From Rebecca billardiae RCC1528 (Eukaryota > Protista > Haptophyta): a stretch of DNA of 64,000 nucleotides. Below, piece by piece: positions 11,872-24,249 of this stretch; the first letter of the stretch is position 1; each line of letters begins with the position of its first letter. The notes under the pieces are model-generated. The model had not been told where the DNA came from. It ran no database searches and saw only the letters and a program-made list of their open reading frames with translations. The position numbers were made by a program, and so were the translations under genes. The DNA is taken from positions 620,001 to 684,000 of the forward strand of contig OZ251229.1 of NCBI GenBank assembly GCA_965240325.2, read 5' to 3'.

Positions 11872-12067
11872 GCTCACGCGCGTCGCCGCTGCTGCGCGCC
11901 GCGGCGTAAGCACACAGAGCAGTGCCTCGCCGCAGTCGGCAGGGGTCTGCTTTTGGCGGGCGCAGGACTGCTGGCAACATGGCGTCGCGCGAGTCCGGGC
12001 GCCACGTCAGCGACTGCCGCGCGGAAGTTGACGGACGTGCGTCTGGACCCAGCAGCGCTGGACCGAC
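11872..12067. promoter_or_regulatory. Putative bidirectional promoter of SEC24/GRP94 with UPRE-like TGACGTGG (CCACGTCA at 12002-12009 on +)
   Basis: 196-nt gap between divergent ATGs. The motif matches the UPRE (TGACGTGG/A) of XBP1/ATF6-type bZIP factors. Confidence 0.5.
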
Positions 12068-14931
12068 ATGGCACGCGCGCGGTTTGCGCTCGCGCTTGCG
12101 TTGAGCTGCGCGTTTGGCGCGGCCTCGGCCGCGCCGCAGGGCGTGGCAGATGTGCCCGCGGTGGCGGAGGCGCTCGCGGCGGCGAGTGGCGTGAGCCTCA
12201 AGGCGGACGAGGCCGGGTACGCACCGCGCAGCCGCCTGCACGCCGCGCGCGCGCGCGCGCGCGCGCGCATGGTGGCCGCGCCCGCGCGCGCGCGGCATGC
12301 ACCGGCGCTCACGCGCGCAACCTGGTGCGGCGGCGCGCGCCCGCGGCATGCCCGCGCCGACCTGCAGCAGCGCGGCGGCGAAGCCCTCTGGCGAGAACTT
12401 CCAGTTCCAGGCGGACGTGAACAAGCTGATGGACATCATCATCAACTCGCTCTACTCGAAGAAGGAGGTCTTCCTGCGCGAGCTGATCTCCAACGCGTCC
12501 GACGTGCGCGCGCGTCTGCCGCGCGCCGACGCGCCGCGCGCGCCGTCCGCCTGCGCTGCCTGCACCGGCTCACCCGCGCGCTTGCTGCGCGCCGTGCGCG
12601 CCGCTCGTCCGCGCCGCTCGGCTCCGCGTCCGCGTCGCGCAGGCGCTGGACAAGATCCGCTTCATGTCGCTCACCGAGGAGGGCGTGCTCGGCGAGGGCG
12701 AGCAGGCGAAGCTGGAGATCAAGATCGTCGCGGACAAGGAGGCCAAGACGCTCTCGATCATCGACCGCGGCGTGGGCATGAGCCGCGAGGACCTGATCCA
12801 GCACCTCGGCACGGTCGCACAGTCGGGCACCTCGTCCTTCATCGAGGCCTTCAGCGAAGGGCAGGACGTCAACCTGATCGGCCAGTTCGGCGTGGGGTTC
12901 TACTCGGTGTACCTGGTGGCGGACACGGTGAGCGTCACCTCCAAGTCGAACGAGGACGACAAGCAGTGGGTCTGGGAGTCGTCGGCCGACTCGACGTTCT
13001 CGATCTTTGAGGACCCGGAGGGCGCGACGCTCGGCCGCGGCACGCAGATCACGCTGCACCTCAAGGAGGACTGCCTCGAGTTCCTCGAGGAGGAGCGGCT
13101 GCGCGACCTGGTGAAGCACTACTCCGAGTTCATCAACTTCCCGATCTACCTGTACACCACCAAGGAGGAGGAGGAGGAGGTGCCGATCGAGGACGACGAC
13201 GAGGAGGCGGAGGGCGAGGACGAGTCGGACGAGGACGAGGACGACGAGGCCGAGGACGAGGAGGAGGACGAGGAGGAGGAGGAGGACGCGCCGCGCACGA
13301 AGAAGGTGAAGCGCACGGTGAACGACTGGGAGCTGGTCAACGACGCGAAGGCGCTGTGGACGCGCTCTCCCTCCGAGATCGAGGAGGACGAGTACCAGGC
13401 GTTCTACAAGACGCTCTCAAAGGACCACCGCGAGGCGCTCACGTACACGCACTTCAACGCCGAGGGCGAGGTCGAGTTCAAGAGCATCCTGTACGTGCCG
13501 AGCGAGGCGCCGTACGACCTGTACCAGGACTACTACAAGAAGCTGAAGAACATCAAGCTGTACGTGCGCCGCGTGATGATCACCGACGAGTTCGACGACC
13601 TGCTGCCGCGCTACCTCGGGTTTGTGAAGGGCGTGGTCGACTCGGACTCTCTGCCGCTCAACGTCTCGCGCGAGATGCTGCAGCAGAACAAGGTGCTCAA
13701 GGTGATCGGGAAGAAGATGACGCGCAAGGTGCTCGCGATGATCAAGGCGCTCGCCGACGCCGAGAAGAAGCCCGGCGAGGAGGAGGACGAGGAGGAGAAG
13801 GCGGAGGGCGAGGAGGGCGAGGACGACGAGGACGACGAGTCGAAGAAGTACGCTAAGTTTTGGAAGGCGTTCGGCAAGTACATCAAGATGGGGCTGATGG
13901 AGGACTCGTCCAACCGCACGCGGCTGGCGAAGCTGCTGCGGTACGCGACGTCGAAGACGGAGCGCGAGATCTCGCTCGAGGAGTACGTCTCCAACATGCA
14001 CGACGACCAGAAGAACATCTACTACATCTCGGGCGAGTCGCGCGAGTCGCTGCTCAAGTCGCCCGCGGTCGAGAAGCTGCTCGCCAAGGACATCGAGGTG
14101 ATCTTCATGACGGAGGCGATCGACGAGTACACGGTGCAGCACCTCACCGAGTTCGAGGGCAAGCGGCTCATCAACGCCGCGCGCGAGGGCCTCAAGCTCG
14201 ACGAGGACGCCAAGGAGAAGAAGCTGATGGACGTGTACAAGGAGCAGTTCGCGCCGCTCATCAACTTTGTCAAGACGACGCTCGGCGGCAAGGTGGACAA
14301 GGTGTCCGTCTCCAAGCACCTCGTCAAGTCGCCCGTGCTCGTCACCACGGCGGACTACGGCTGGACCGCGCAGATGGAGAAGGTGCGCGCCGCGCGGGGC
14401 GCCGCCCGCGTCGCGCCGCGCGCTCCGCGCGCACACACGTCGCCGCGCGCTGCTCGCGCTGGCCGCGCCGAGGCGCGTCGGCCGCGCCGCCGCCTGGCTG
14501 ACTCGTCACGCGCGCTGCGCCCGCCCTCGCGCGCGTCGGCGGCTCGGCAGGTGATGAAGGCGCAGGCCTTCGCCGACAACTCGAAGATGGACTTCATGAA
14601 GGCCAAGCGCAACTTCGAGATCAACCCGCGCCACCCGCTCATCGTCGAGCTGAACAAGAAGGTGGAGGCGGACAGCGAGGACCAGCAGGCGGCAGACATG
14701 CTGACGTCGCTCTACATGTCGAGCGTGCTGCAGGCGGGGTACCAACTGACACCCGAGGACGTCGACGACTTTGCGGCGCGCGTCGCGTCGGTCGTGACGT
14801 CGGGGCTGGGGATTGATCCGGACGCCGAGCTCGCGCCCGAACCGGAGGTGCCGGAGGACGAGGAGGAGGACGAGGAGGAGGAGGAGGTCGAGGAGGAGGA
14901 CTACGACGCCGCAGAGAAGGACGAGGTGTAG
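12068..14931 (+). CDS. HSP90B1: ER-luminal HSP90 (endoplasmin/GRP94)
   Basis: Signal peptide, [37 protein letters not shown]|[46 protein letters not shown] and C-terminal KDEV. Introns 12217-12367 (or -12370, NAGNAG), 12504-12642, 14383-14550. Confidence 0.97.
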
Positions 14932-15369
14932 AGCTCGACGACTGATGACGTGACACCCTGTCGCCGGGGCGGCCGCACGACGTTTTTAGAAGTAGCCGGG
15001 CGCAAGAGCTGCGCTCGGGCGTGGCGCCGTTATTCGGTGTCATATTACTGCTAAGCTAGTTACTAAATATATATATATATACATATAGCTCAGTCCTACC
15101 GTCAGCAGACTCGGACTCGGTCACGTGTCCGTTACCGCGGTAACGGTAAACGGCGTCCCTGCTAACGAGTGAAACGAGTCGACAATTTATAAACGAGTCG
15201 TAATATATATATAACGCGCGCGTATCATAATATGCTGACGACGAGTTAATATAACTACGACGAATTACGCGCGCGGGGTCGGTTAGCCAATCAGCCTATA
15301 CGACGCGTGCCGCGGGAGCAGGCTGCGCGGACCGCAGGGCTTCGGATGGTGTGCACTCGTCGCCGAGGT

Positions 15370-17034
15370 TCAGCCGTCGCCAGCCTCGGCCTCATCAGGA
15401 GCGCCGTCGGAGCGGTGGTCTCCGGCTCGGCTCGGCTTGGTCAGCACGTCACCGGCATCGCCACCGTCGGCGTGGTGCTCGTCAGCGGCGGCGGCGGCGG
15501 CGAGTGTAGCCTGCAGGCACGCATGAACAACGTGCGTCTGCCAGCGACGAAGGGCCAGCCGATCCGCACTCGAGCCGACCTCTGTGCCCGCTGGCGCGGG
15601 GACGGGCGGGACGTCGACCAGCGCTGGTGCTGCCGCGCCCGCCCGCGTGGCGCACTCCCGAGCGCGCGCGCGCGCGCAGACATGGGAGGAGAGCATCGGG
15701 ATCTGGTGCTGCTCCAGCGCGCTGACGAGTGCATCGGGAAGCGCCGCCTCGCGCTCGGCCGCCCGCTCGGCCGCCACCTCCGCCTCCGCGTCGGCAGGCG
15801 GCGCGTCGACGGCGAGCAGCGCGGCGCGCGCCTCGCGCAGCGCGCGGCCGAGCGCGCCCAACCGCTCATGCCACGCGTACAGAGCGCGCACGCCCTTCGC
15901 ACCGAGGGCGCCGAGCTCGGAGACGGCGGGGCGCGCGGCGAGCCAGCCGAGGAGCAGCGCCGCGGGCACGAGGGCGACCAGCCGCGGCGGCTCGGCGCCG
16001 CCGGCCGCGGCTTGTGCTGGCTGCGCGGCCGCGCGCCCTCCGCCGTCGCCGGCCGCGCCGGCGTCGCCGGCGTCGCCGGCCGCGGCCGCGCGCACCGCGC
16101 GCAGCACCTCCGGCCTGAAGGCGTCGAGGCAGTCCTCGAGCACGCGCGCGAAGGGCGGGAACTGCGCGCGCAGCTCGGGCCACAGCGCGGGCGCGACGTG
16201 CGGGCTGAGGAAGTTGTGCGTGATCGCCACGCTCCACTCGAGGTTGAGCACCGCGTGCCACCAGCCCTGCGGCACCAGCAGCGTCTGCCCTGGCCGCTGC
16301 ACGAGCTCGAGCACGCGCGCCTCGCCCGCCTGGGCCGCGGCGCAGAGGGCGGGGTACGCGTCGGCGAACCACGCGCACGGCATCGTCGCGCGCGGCTCAT
16401 CGCACCCGTCCTGCATGCCCAGCAGCGCGCGCGGCGTGCCCGGCGGCAGCAGCACCCATCGCTTGGCGCCGCACGCGCACGAGTTCCACGCCGCCGTGAG
16501 CAGCGGGTCCACGTGGAGGCACGTGCCGGTGCGCGCGCCGCCGGCGACCCAGTACCGCATCGACGAGCCCGGCACGAGCGCGAGCAGGTCATCGGCGAAC
16601 AGCTCTGGCGGCGCGTAGTCCGCCAGCAGCGCGGCGCGCTCGCCCTTGAAGCGGCGCTCGAAGCAGTAGTACGGGAAGTCTCCGGAATTGTCCGATGCGT
16701 ACTGCACGTACTCGCGCAGCGAGAGGGAGACGTCGCCGGCGAGATCGACGGTCATGTCGCCGTAGCTCGCCACGAGCGCCTCGGCTGACGACCACTTGGT
16801 CGACGCCGGCCAACCGTCCGCGCAGCCTTCGACCACCGCCGGCTCGTTGTCGCGCAGCAGCTCGGCGGCGGTCGTGTCGGCGCTCGAGACGACGCGGACG
16901 CGGCGCGCGGCGGGTGGCTCCTCGTAGAAGCGCTGCAGCCACTCGCTCCGCTCCGCAAAGCCGCGGCGCCGCGAGTTGTGCAGCACACTCGCGCCGAGCG
17001 GCGTCTGCGCGGGCGCGCTCGTCGTCGCCGGCAT
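15370..17034 (-). CDS. JmjC-domain 2OG/Fe(II) oxygenase (JMJD6-like)
   Basis: YAPPELFADDL, RYWVAGGARTGTCLHVDPLLTAAWN..GAKRWVLLPP, QRPGQTLLVPQGWWHAVLNL..SVAITHNF. HxD...H metal triad intact. A 3' intron is possible. Confidence 0.88.
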   Translation of the reverse strand: MPATTSAPAQTPLGASVLHNSRRRGFAERSEWLQRFYEEPPAARRVRVVSSADTTAAELLRDNEPAVVEGCADGWPASTKWSSAEALVASYGDMTVDLAGDVSLSLREYVQYASDNSGDFPYYCFERRFKGERAALLADYAPPELFADDLLALVPGSSMRYWVAGGARTGTCLHVDPLLTAAWNSCACGAKRWVLLPPGTPRALLGMQDGCDEPRATMPCAWFADAYPALCAAAQAGEARVLELVQRPGQTLLVPQGWWHAVLNLEWSVAITHNFLSPHVAPALWPELRAQFPPFARVLEDCLDAFRPEVLRAVRAAAAGDAGDAGAAGDGGGRAAAQPAQAAAGGAEPPRLVALVPAALLLGWLAARPAVSELGALGAKGVRALYAWHERLGALGRALREARAALLAVDAPPADAEAEVAAERAAEREAALPDALVSALEQHQIPMLSSHVCARARARECATRAGAAAPALVDVPPVPAPAGTEVGSSADRLALRRWQTHVVHACLQATLAAAAAADEHHADGGDAGDVLTKPSRAGDHRSDGAPDEAEAGDG

Positions 17035-17172
17035 CGCGGCTGTCAGCGACCGCCTGGCGGAAATCCGGCTGCTCGCTGTTCAGTCCGGCCCGCCAAACCT
17101 GGTCGGGACTCGGTGAGTCGGTGGCCCCAGCCAGAAGGAGCACTGGCCCCGCCCGGCCGAACGACAGCGTCG

Positions 17173-18931
17173 ATGGTGCCGACACCAGGCGCAGGCGGGG
17201 GCGGGGTGCGCCTCCTCGGCGCCGATGTGGAGCGCTCGGACGCAGCTAGGCGTGAGTCTGCGGGTGCGCGCGAGCCCCTGCGCGCGCTGCCGCGCGCGCC
17301 GCGCGCCCGCGCCCGCGCACGTGCCCTCACGGCGCGCGCGCGCCACACGCTCGCGCTCCAGGCCACGCCGGCGTGCCGCGGCGCTCCCCGTGGGCACGTG
17401 GCCTGACGGTGTGGAGCGCGTCGTTTCCGCTCCTCGCGTACCTCCTCTGGCTCGGCCTCACCGCCTCGCTCCTCCTCGCCTACCTCGGCGTGCGCGAGCG
17501 CGCGGGCCGGTGCGCGGCCGACTGGTACGGGTACGGCGACGGCTCCGGCTGCTTCGAGCAGACGATCCGCGTGCCGTGGATGCGGATGAGCGGGAAGACG
17601 TACTCCGAGTTCAACGCCTTCTTCGCGGACCAGGACGTCCTCCACTACGACGTGCTCGTCCTCCCCGCGCGCGCCGACTTCTTCGACGAGCGCGCGCTGC
17701 GCGAGGCGGCTGAGCTCGATCTCTTCCTGCGGAACGGCGAGCTCGGTCCGAACGCGTCGTACGCGCTGCTGTGCCACCGGCCGCCGATCCGCGGCACGCT
17801 CGCGCCGTGCCCGCCGTCCTCCATCTTTGGCCTCGCCGGCGTGCTCCCCGCGCGCAGCGCGCTCGTGACCGCGTACGGCTGGTCTCAGTTTGTGGGCTGC
17901 AGCACGTGGGCGGGGACGGCCGACAGCGCGACCGCGCCCGAGGCTTCGGAGGCGCACGAGGACGAGGACGCGCCGGCGTACGAGGTGGACGACGAGGACG
18001 ACTCGCACGCCTCGTCCGTCGGCATGCTCCGCCTCACCTACCGCCTCACCCGCCCGGCGGACGACGCGCCCCGCCCCGCGCCGCAGGACGTGTGGATGGC
18101 CTCGGCCGTGCGCATCGCGGAGCACTTCTCCGCCGGGCGCGGCTGTCCGTCGTGTGCGATCCGCACGACGCGGCTGACGGGGTGGATGGTGCACGAGCAC
18201 GACGCGGTCGAGCCGCTCGCCGAGCTGCTGCGCCTCGCGCCGCGCGCGCTCGCGCTCGCGCTCGGCACCGCGCTGCTCGGCTGCTGGCTGTGCGCCGGCC
18301 GCGCCGTTCGGCTGCGGCACGCGGCGTGGGCGCTGTGCGCGCGCTGCGTGGTCGCCGCCACCGCCTCGCTCGCGGCGCTCACGTTCACGCTGGCGATGCT
18401 CGCGTCGGAGGTGAAGGAGCGGCTGCCGATGGAGAGCAAGCAGCTCACCTCCCTGTGGCCCCTCGCCGCGCTCCTCTGCCTGCCGCCCAGGCTGGGCGAG
18501 CTGCCCGCCCAGCTGCGAGCGCTCGCCGACGCCGTCGCCGAGCTCGAGCACGCGCCCGCCGAGCCGCGCGCCGACTCGCGCGCCGACTCGCGCGCCGAGC
18601 GGCGCGCGGCGGCGCGCGCGCTCGGCGACGCGGCGGCGGAGGCGGTGCGGTGCGCGCTGCGCTCGGCGGGCATGCCGCCGCGCGCCAGCCTCTCCGTCCT
18701 CGACCTTCCGCCCGCGGCGTTTGCCCACCTCGCGGCGCCGCTGGTCGCGCTCGCGATGGCGGCGTTTGGCCCGTCTGCGCTGCACCTCTTCTGCGCGCTG
18801 GCGGGGGTGTGCTGCGTGGCGGACTCGGCGCTCGCCTCGGCGTTCATGCCGGCCGCGCTCGCGCTCGTGGGCCGCGCGCAGCTGCGAGAGCGGCAGAGGA
18901 CGGCGGCGGGCGCCGAGCCGGCGCGCGCGCT

Positions 18932-18973
<42 letters not shown>

Positions 18974-21900
18974 GCCGGGCGCGCGCCGAGCCTCAGCGGT
19001 GGCGGCGGAGGAGGAGGAGGAGGAGGGCGCAAGCCTGCCGCGCGCGGGCAGCCGGGCGCGCGCGGGCGGCGAGGGCGACGCGCAGCGCTGCGCGCCGCTC
19101 ACGCACGTGGTCGTCGCCGCGGGCGGCGCGGCCGTGGCGCCCGCGGCGGCGCGGCCGGCGGATGCGGCGATCGGGTCGGCGGCCGCGGCGGCCGCGCAGC
19201 CGCCTGGGCACTCAGAGCCTGCCGCGCACGCGGGCGCGGCCGAGGCGAGCGTGGGGTGCGTGGGGTGCGTGGGGTGCGTGGGGTGCGAGGAGCAGCCGGC
19301 GCCAGCGCACGCGGCGGCGCGCGGCGTGCCGGCCGCGACGGGCGGCGCAGCGTGGATGCACGCCGAGCGCCCGCCGGCGGATGCGTCGCCGGGCACGCGG
19401 CGCGCCGCGCTCGCACCGCCGGCGGCAGTCTCGGCGTCGGCCGCGCCCGCCGCGGCCGGCGGCTCGGCGCGCGCGGCCGAGCCGCGCGCGCCGCCGCCCT
19501 CGCCGCCGCGGCCGACGCCGCCGCCGCCCGCGCACGGCCGCGCGGCGTGCGCCGCGCCGCACGAGCCCGACGGCGCGCCCCTGCTCGGGGTGCTCGCGGT
19601 CTTCTCGCCGACCTTCAGCGCACTCGGCGCCGAGGGCGAGGCCGGCGCGGCCGCGGCGCCCGCCGAGCGGCGCGGCGGGTCGGCGCTGCGCCCGCTCGCG
19701 GCCGCGGCGCGCGCGGCGCTCGGCGCGGCGCGCGCGCCGAGCCCCGGTCCGGCGCCGCGCGCGGCCGGGCGCTTCCCGGAGAGCGCGTGGGCGTACGCGC
19801 TCCTGCACTACCGCGCGCTCGCCCTCGCCCTCGCGCTGCTCGGCCTGACGCACGCGGCGCACGCGCTGCGCTTCCCGTCGCCGGGCGCTGTGCAAACGCC
19901 GCGCGCGCTCGTGCCGCCGCCGGTGTGCGCGCTCTCGAACGGCAGCCTGCAGCTCAAGTACGGCGCTGCCGGCGGCGGCGGCGGCGGCGGCGGCGGAGCC
20001 AACGGCGGCGGCGGCGCCAACTGCTGGGACGTCGACTCGTTCGTCGCGCTCGAGGAGCTGTGCTTCAGCCGTCTCACACACGTGCACCTGCTGCTGAGCG
20101 GAGTGCCGCCGCTCGGCACGCCCGCCGAGCGCGCGCTCACGCGCCGCTTCTGCGACGAGCTCGAGCGCACGCGCGAGCTGGCGCACGCGCGCGTGCTCTC
20201 GGTGAAGTGCTGGCTGCGCGCGTTCGACCGCGAGCTCGGCCCCGGCTTCTCGCGCTCGCAGCTCGAGGCGGAGCTCGCGCTGCAGCGCTGGCTCACCTCA
20301 CCCGCAGGTGAGTATTTTGCGGACGACGTCGCGTGGCGCGCCGGCCACGTGTCGTCGTCGCGCATCCGGATGGAGCTCGACCTGCGCGCGCCGCGGCCGC
20401 GTGGCGAGGCGAGCGCGGCGCTGCGGCACGAGCGCACCGAGCAGGAGTGGGTGGAGGCGCGCGCGACGCTGCTGGAGGAGGTGCGCGCGCGCGCGTCTGA
20501 GCTGAGCCGCGCGATGCGCGCCCACTCGGACGCGGCCGCCGCGTCCCAGCCGGGCGCGCCCGCCGCCGCCGCCGCCGCCGCGGCCGCCGCCGCTGCCGTG
20601 GGCGGCCCCGCCTCGGCGGCCGCGTCGGGCGCCGCCGTGTCCATCACCGTCGTCGCGCCCGACCTCGAGTCCGCCGCCGAGGCGCTGCTCGTCGAGGGCA
20701 ACGCGATGCGCCGCGCCGTCCTGGTCGCGCTGGCAGTCGCGGCGCCGTGTCTGCTCGCCGCGTGCGACGCGCGCCGCACCGTGTGGTCGCGCACGCTCGC
20801 GCAGGGCACGGGCGCGCTGGTGGTGGGCACGGCGGCGGGGCAGGTGTGCGCGGCCGCGTGGGCGCGCGGCGCGCTGCTGCACGCGCCCTCGACGCAGCGC
20901 GGCTGGCTCTCGCTGCTGCTCGCGCTCGGCGTGCTGCCGATCGCGCAGCCGCCACTCGCGGCCGTGTGTGCGTACGCGCGCGCGCGCGGGCCGAGCGCGC
21001 CGCGGCGCGCGATCGCCGCCGCGCGCGCGAGCGGCGCGCAAGCCATGGTGGGCGCGGCGGTGACGGCCGCGGCGGCGCTGCCGCTCAACGCGGCGAGCGT
21101 GCCCTCGCTCCGCCAGTTCGGCGCGCTCGTCGCATTCCAAGCGGCGCTCGGTCTGCTGTGCGCAGGGCTGGTGATCGCGCTGCTGGCGCTCGAGCCGCCC
21201 GCGCCGCCCGCGCGCTGCGCGCCGCGCGCCGAGCGGCGGCACGGCCGGCGCGCCGCCGCGCGGCGCGAGGCGTGCGCGGCGCGCATCGGCGCCGCGGCGC
21301 GCGGCTGGCTCGCGCGCGCCGCCTGGCTGCGCGCGCGCGAGTCGACCGCGCAGTACATGCGCGCGGTGCGCGCGGCGGTGCGCGCCGCCGAGGCCGCGCC
21401 GCGCGGCGCGGAGCGGGCGGCGCCTCCGGCCTCGGCGCACGCGCTGCTGCGCTGGGTGTGCGCCGCCGGGCACGACGAGCCGGCGCCGCGTGCGCCGCCG
21501 GCGCCGCGTGCGCCGCCGGCGCACGCGGCCGCGCGGCCGGACGACGACGGCGCGCGCGCGCTGCCGCCGCGCAGCGCGCGGCCGTACACCGCGCCGCCGC
21601 CCCCGGAGCTCGAGCTCGCGCTCACGCACACGCACCCCGCGACAGGCGCGCGCGCGCTGCGGCTGGCGGTGCTGGCGCTGGGCGGCGTGGCGGCGGCGGG
21701 GACGTGCGCCGAGGCGGCCGCCATCCTCCGCCTCGCGGCGCGCGGCGGCGGCGCGGCCCGCGCGCGCGAGCTTGGCACTGCGCTCGGCGTGAGTATCGTC
21801 TCGGCTCTGCTCGAGTGCGCGTGCGTGGTCTGGAGCTGTGCGCTGTGTGCGCCCGTGCAGCGCTGCACGCCGCTGCTGAGCGCGCTCGCGCCGCCGCCGC

Positions 21901-23840
21901 GCGCGCTCGCGCACCCCGGCCCGTCGGCGGGCGGCGCGCCCGCCGCCGCGCCGCCGGCCGCTGGCGGCTTTTTGCGCAAGCGCGACTGGCCAGCGGTGGC
22001 GGTGGTGGTGCCCGCGGGCGCGGAGCCCGCGGAGGCGGTGGGGCGCACGCTGGCCGCGTGCTTTGCGCTGTGCTACCCGCCTGCCCGGCTGCACGTCTTC
22101 CTGCTCGACGGCGCGCCCACGGCCGAGGCGAGCCGGCAGCGTGCGCTCGGCGCGCAGCGCGCGTACGCGCGTCGATTTGGCGTCGGCGCGGCGGCGGCGG
22201 CGGGTGGCGGCGGCGACGAAGGCGGCGCCGCCGCGTCGGGCGCGGCCTCGTCCGCGCACGCGCCGCCTCCGCCGCGCTGGCTGCCGCGCGCCAAGCGCTG
22301 CGGCTTCACGATCGTCCCGTGCGCGCAGCCGGAGGGCGGCGGCGGCCTCGCCACCAGCCCCGCGGACGACGTGCGCCGCTGGCTGGGCGGCGGCGGCGCG
22401 GCCGGCGGCGCCGCCGGCGCCCTTCGCAAGGAGCGGCTGCTGCTGCTCGTCGAGCCCGGCGCGGCGCCCGAGCCGGCGGCGCTGCAGCTGCTGCTGCCGG
22501 CCGCGCTGCGCGTGCGCGTGCCCGCGCGCCGCGCGCCCGCGCCCGCGCCGCCGCGCGCGCTCGCGGACCGCAGCGTGGGCTCGGTCCGCGCGCGCGCCGT
22601 GCCGCAAGCGCGGCAGCAGCTGCACGCGGGCCGCGCGCGCGCCGCCGCCATGTCCGACGCTTGCGACGGCGCCCTGCTCGACTGCCTGCTGCGCTCGCTC
22701 GACGGCGGCCGCGCCGAGCGCGCGCGGCTGGCCGGCGGCGCCGAGCCGGCCGGCGGGGGCGGCGGGTGCGGGTGCGGCGGCGCGAAGCTCCCGGCCGCGC
22801 CCGCCGCCGCCGCGGCCGCGCCGCCGCGCGCGCCGCCCGCCGCCGCCGCGCTGCCCGCCGCCGCCGCGCTGCCCCTGCGCTCCACGCCGTGCGTCACCCT
22901 GTACGCGCGCGACGCGCTCGTCGGCGCGGGCGGCGTGCCCTCGGGCGCGGCCAGCCTCGCGCTCGGGCTGGGCTGGGCGCTGCAGGAGGCGGGCTACCAC
23001 CAGCTGTACTGCGCCGGCGCGCGCGCGCGCTCCGCGCAGCCGCCGGGCGGCGGCTCGGCCGTGCGCGCGCGCGCCACGCAGGACTCGGCGCTGCTCGTGC
23101 AGGGGTGGCGCAGCAGCGGCGGCGGCGGCGCCGAGCGCGCGGCCGCGCGGGAGTGCGCGCCCGCGCCCGCGCCCGCGCACCCCGCCGCGCGCGCGCTGCT
23201 CGCCGGCCGCGCGCAGACGCTCGCCGGCGCGCTGCTGCTGCTGCTGTGTCTGCTGCTCATCGCGAGCGCGGCCGGCGAGCCATCCCTCCCGCGTGAGGTG
23301 TTGCTCCCGCTGGGCGCGCACAAGGCTGCCTTCGTCGGCCTGCAGCTGCTCGTCCTCGCGCGCGCGCGCGCGATCGGCGGCGCCGAGGGCGGCCGAGCGC
23401 CGCGCGCGCCCGCGAGCGCGGCGTGGCGCGACGCGCACGCCGCGGCGACACTAGCGGCCTGCAGCACCCTCGCCCTCGCCGCGCGCGCGCTCGCGCGCGA
23501 CAGGCGGCGCGCGCGCGCCGCGTGGCCGCTCGTCCCGCTCGGCAGCCTCGCCACCCTCTTCGCGGTCGCGCTCGGCGTGCTCGCGTGGCGCTGGGCGCGC
23601 GCGCTCTGGCCGCCGCAGCCGGCGGGCGCCGAGGGCGAGGCGGACACGCTCGCCGAGCTCCGCGTCGCGGGTGCGCTGCTGCTGCTGCCGCTGCTGCTGT
23701 GCTGGCCGGCGGTGCGCGCGCTGGCGGACGAGCTGAGCAGCGAGCTGCTCGGGGAGAGCGCGCACGCCGAGGCCACGGCGCTCGAGCGCGCGCGCTCGGA
23801 GCGCACGCTGGTCGCGCTGTCTCAGGGTGGGCGCCCCTGA
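17173..23840 (+). CDS. Large polytopic membrane protein: Patched/NPC1-like (SSD/RND) module plus degenerate cellulose-synthase-like GT2 module
   Basis: Probable ATG at 17173 with intron 17252-17361, joined in frame to the 2155-aa ORF. SSD-like HLFCALAGVCCVADSALASAFMPAAL, luminal VKCWLRAF..YFADDVAW..SSRI and a second TM bundle (SVPSLRQFGALVAFQAALGLL). GT2-like DWPAVAVVVPAGAEPAEAVGRTLAACFALCYPPARLHVFLLDG and LYARDALVGAGGVP..LQEAGY. Confidence 0.65.
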
Positions 23841-24249
23841 GCGGCGCAGCGGAGGCCTGAGGACAAGCGCGGAACCCGGCCCGCGCCTGCGCAGCAACTA
23901 GCAAGCACGGGCGCAGCGAAGCATACGAGACGATACGGTCACATGCATTCGTGACGTCGTCTTCTCGTCAGACGATGACGACGTATGTTCGTCCGACATG
24001 CCGATCCGTTTATTAGCGACAGAGGGTTGCCGACTGGATGATGACGATGTACATACATGCGTCTCACAAGTCACTACGGTCCGTGCTCGACGTTACTACT
24101 ACTAGCTACAATTATTGACTATAAAGTAGCTAGCTAGTAGTACTTTTAGTCAGTCACAGGCTGTGCATCCCGCCAACCAGCTGGCCAGCATACTGAATAG
24201 GAATACTCATCATCGATTCTCATTTCTCAACGCTTGGGGGCCAGACACG

